Below, one piece after another: positions 61,180 to 64,000 of a stretch of DNA of 64,000 nt (position 1 is its first letter; each line of letters opens with the position of its first letter). Source of the DNA: Amphiscolops sp. MND2022 (lineage: Eukaryota); contig OZ076409.1 of the NCBI GenBank assembly GCA_964187785.1, positions 9,054,001 through 9,118,000 of the forward strand. Direction: 5' to 3'. The position numbers and the translations under genes were made by a program. Under the pieces are notes generated by a model that was not told the origin of the DNA, did not search any database, and saw only the letters and a program-made list of their open reading frames with translations.

Positions 61180-62538
61180 ATGGACGACAGCACAAATACC
61201 TCTCCAAGGAATGGAGGATTCAACGGGACGGTGACGGAAACGCACCAACGCGAAGAACCGCCACCAAACGATACAATGAACAGAACCACAGAACGGACTT
61301 GCACACAGAACCTCACCATTCCAACATTGGACAAGCAAGACTATACCAGTGCAAACATGTGGTGGCGGAAATTCGTACAGTACATAAAAATGACGAAAGA
61401 CTTAGATCTATCAACAATGACAAACAGCAAAGAGATACTGCCACAATACCGTGATCAACTGGAAACAGAGATAAAGGACATATTTCTGTGGGCAATCGGA
61501 CAAAACGCTATCACGGAAATGACCAAAACGGTTAGAGAAAGAGAACCAAGCTCATTGCCGTTACACAAACTGTACTCATTATTTCGGTTACATTTCACTC
61601 CAGAACGGAATGTCCACCACAGTAGAGCCGATTTTTTCGAATTGAAACGAGAAGAAGGAGAGTCAGCGGCAGATGTCTGGAAACGGATACTGGCAATCGA
61701 AAAAAATTGCGAATTTGAAACAATAACCGCGGCAGAACTACTAGCATCAAAGTTCATCTCGGTAATCGGCAAATCAACAGGCGACTACGACCTCAAGAAA
61801 AAAATCAGAAAAAGTGACATGTCAGTAGAAGCAATAACCGAAGCACTACATGAACATATGTACGAAAAATTAAACGACTCACCAGAAACAGAAGAGGAGA
61901 AGAAAATTAGATACCTCAACAAAAGGAAAGCAAAAAGCTATAAAGAACACACGGATAAACCAAGCAAATTCAAAAAAATGGACTGCAATAGATGCGGAGC
62001 TCCGAACTGGTCGAGACATCACGAATGCCCAGCCAGAGGAAAGAAATGTACAAAATGCGACAAGATCGGCCATTACGCAAAATATTGCAGAACAAATAAA
62101 AAGATAAACCGCATACAAGAACACGGAACCAGTAGTGCGGAAGAAGACGACTGGTCACCGAAAACAATCCTTTGCATTAATCAAAAGATCCATTCAACGC
62201 GTCAATTGAATACAGACGGTTCAGATTTCTTTACACTCACCGCATTGGTCAACAACCGACCAATCAAATTCATAATAGACAGCGGATCACCGGTAACTCT
62301 AATACCGAAATCACTATTTAATAGAATAACACCGTTGAAACCGCTGAAAACGGAATACCGAGACGTAAACGACAACAGAATTAAATTTGAAGGAAAAACA
62401 ACTGCAACAGTAGAAATAAACGAAAAGCGAAATGATCTGGAAATCCTGATAACTACGAAGGAAACCAACCGTTTGTTAGGCTTGGACTGGATGAAAAAAC
62501 TGGGAATAACGCTGGAGACCGGTAGAACCGATCCATAA
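61180..62538 (+). CDS. gag: Gag plus aspartic protease (452 aa)
   Basis: Zinc knuckles CNRCGAPNWSRHHEC and CTKCDKIGHYAKYC, protease FIIDSGS and LLGLDW. The stop at 62536 is in frame with the downstream pol. Confidence 0.88.
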   Translation: MDDSTNTSPRNGGFNGTVTETHQREEPPPNDTMNRTTERTCTQNLTIPTLDKQDYTSANMWWRKFVQYIKMTKDLDLSTMTNSKEILPQYRDQLETEIKDIFLWAIGQNAITEMTKTVREREPSSLPLHKLYSLFRLHFTPERNVHHSRADFFELKREEGESAADVWKRILAIEKNCEFETITAAELLASKFISVIGKSTGDYDLKKKIRKSDMSVEAITEALHEHMYEKLNDSPETEEEKKIRYLNKRKAKSYKEHTDKPSKFKKMDCNRCGAPNWSRHHECPARGKKCTKCDKIGHYAKYCRTNKKINRIQEHGTSSAEEDDWSPKTILCINQKIHSTRQLNTDGSDFFTLTALVNNRPIKFIIDSGSPVTLIPKSLFNRITPLKPLKTEYRDVNDNRIKFEGKTTATVEINEKRNDLEILITTKETNRLLGLDWMKKLGITLETGRTDP

Positions 62539-64000
62539 ATAAACCGTATCGTCGAAGATCCGGATATTACCACTCTCAAAAGGAAATTCAAGAAACTCTT
62601 TCATGAAAACCATACGGTGAAAGGACTAGAAGTGGAAATACAATTAAAAGAAGACGCAAGGCTAATACAACAAAAAGGAAGGCCAATACCGATTCACTTA
62701 CAACAATCGGTCGAAAAAGAAATTACCAAACTAATGAAACAAGGCCCCATCGAAAAAGCAAACAACATAGACGAAAACTGTTTCGTCAGCCCGGCAGTAA
62801 TAACCGTAAAGAAAGACAAATCGGTAAAAATCGCCCTAGACTCGAGAAAATTGAACGAGATCACGATCAAAAGAAAAACACAAATGCCCAACATGGAGGA
62901 ATTAATTTCCAGGATCTCCAGAAAAATTGCGGACGGACCGGCAGACGAAATCTGGACTTCGAAACTCGACCTAGACTACGCATACGGTCAATTATCATTG
63001 TCCAGAGAAGCCCGGAACCTGTGCATAATTGCCGTAACTGGTGGAAACTTTACCGGTTACTACCGTTTCCTGAAAGGGTTTTACGGGTTAGCGGACATAC
63101 CGACAATATTCCAAGAAAAAATCGACCAGACTTTAGAAAACAAACACCCAGCATGGCTAGACGATATAATAGTCGTAACCAAAGGTTCAAAAGAACAACA
63201 CAAAAAGGAACTAATAGATGTTCTAACCCGGCTAGAAAACGCTGGATACAAACTCAGCGAAAACAAATCCGAATTTTTCAAAACGGAGATTGAATGGTTT
63301 GGCCATAAAATTAACCAGAATGGAATCAGACCATTGCAAGACATATTAATGGCAATAAAAGAATTGAAAAGATCCAACAACGAAAAAGAACTCAAATCTT
63401 TTTTCGGAGCCATTCAATATTTATCCAAATATATCCACAATTTATCAGCACAAACAGATATCTTGAGACAATTACTGAAGAAAGATTATGAATGGATATG
63501 GACTGAAGAACATACACAAGCATTTGAGAATCTCAAACAAAAGATCACGGAAATACCGTGTTTGGCTCATTATAATTCATACTACCCAAACGTGATAACA
63601 ACCAATGCCAGTACAAAAGGCCTCGGTGCGACTCTATGGCAAGAACAACCCGACGGAAAACTGAAACCAATCGGCTTCGCAAGCCGATTCTTATCCGACA
63701 CCGAAAAAAAATACGCCATTAATGAACTCGAATTACTGGCCGTCGTTTGGGGGTTAGAACATTTTTGACTGTACATCTACGGTAAACCAATCAAGTTACT
63801 TACGGATCACCATGCATTAGAACCGCTCATTAAACGCAACTGGTCCAATAAAACATACAGCGCGCGGTTGACAAGGTGGTGGCTGGACGGATTAGCACAC
63901 TTTACGATCAACGTAAACCATATCGCAGGCAAACATTTAGCACTCACGGATTACTTGAGTAAAAATCCGACAGCGGATACGTCATCAACAAGATCCTACC
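62539..64000 (+). pseudogene. pol: pol: RT and RNase H
   Basis: SKLDLDYAYGQ, GFYGL, WLDDII. RNase H TNAS (catalytic D to N) and YAINELELLAVVWGLEHF, then a premature TGA at 63766. Confidence 0.88.

Larger units (their letters stand above)
60946..64000 (+). mobile_element. Young Mag-type Ty3/Gypsy element (continues beyond the window)
   Basis: Short LTR TGTAG...CAACA at 60946-61139, tRNA-Ser-like PBS TGGCGCAGTC at 61140, and near-intact gag-pol. Confidence 0.92.

Overview
This is eukaryotic, very TE-dense, AT-rich genomic DNA, probably from an invertebrate animal, with spliceosomal introns and one 200-N gap. About 45 kb is nested, decayed retroelements. These are: a LINE (APE+RT); a full-length 15.2-kb Ty3/Gypsy provirus (4162-19317) with 1.7-kb LTRs and extra ORFs, including an antisense intron-containing hAT-transposase-like gene; a Mag-type Gypsy interrupted by a BEL/Pao element that itself holds a solo LTR; a second Gypsy on the minus strand; and a young Mag-type Gypsy running off the right edge. 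The only clear host gene is on the minus strand at 43.9-52.0 kb. A TIR exon retaining the NADase-type Glu splices in frame to a RING-SAM-helical exon, followed by a probable TPR exon, giving an unusual TIR-RING-SAM-TPR immune-like architecture. Other oddities are a 746-bp element made of two inverted PPT+LTR ends with a perfect 5-bp TSD, tRNA-like Pol III cassettes in the BEL LTRs and 3' UTR, and many MITE/HINE-type repeats. All calls come from reading the sequence; no database searches were run.
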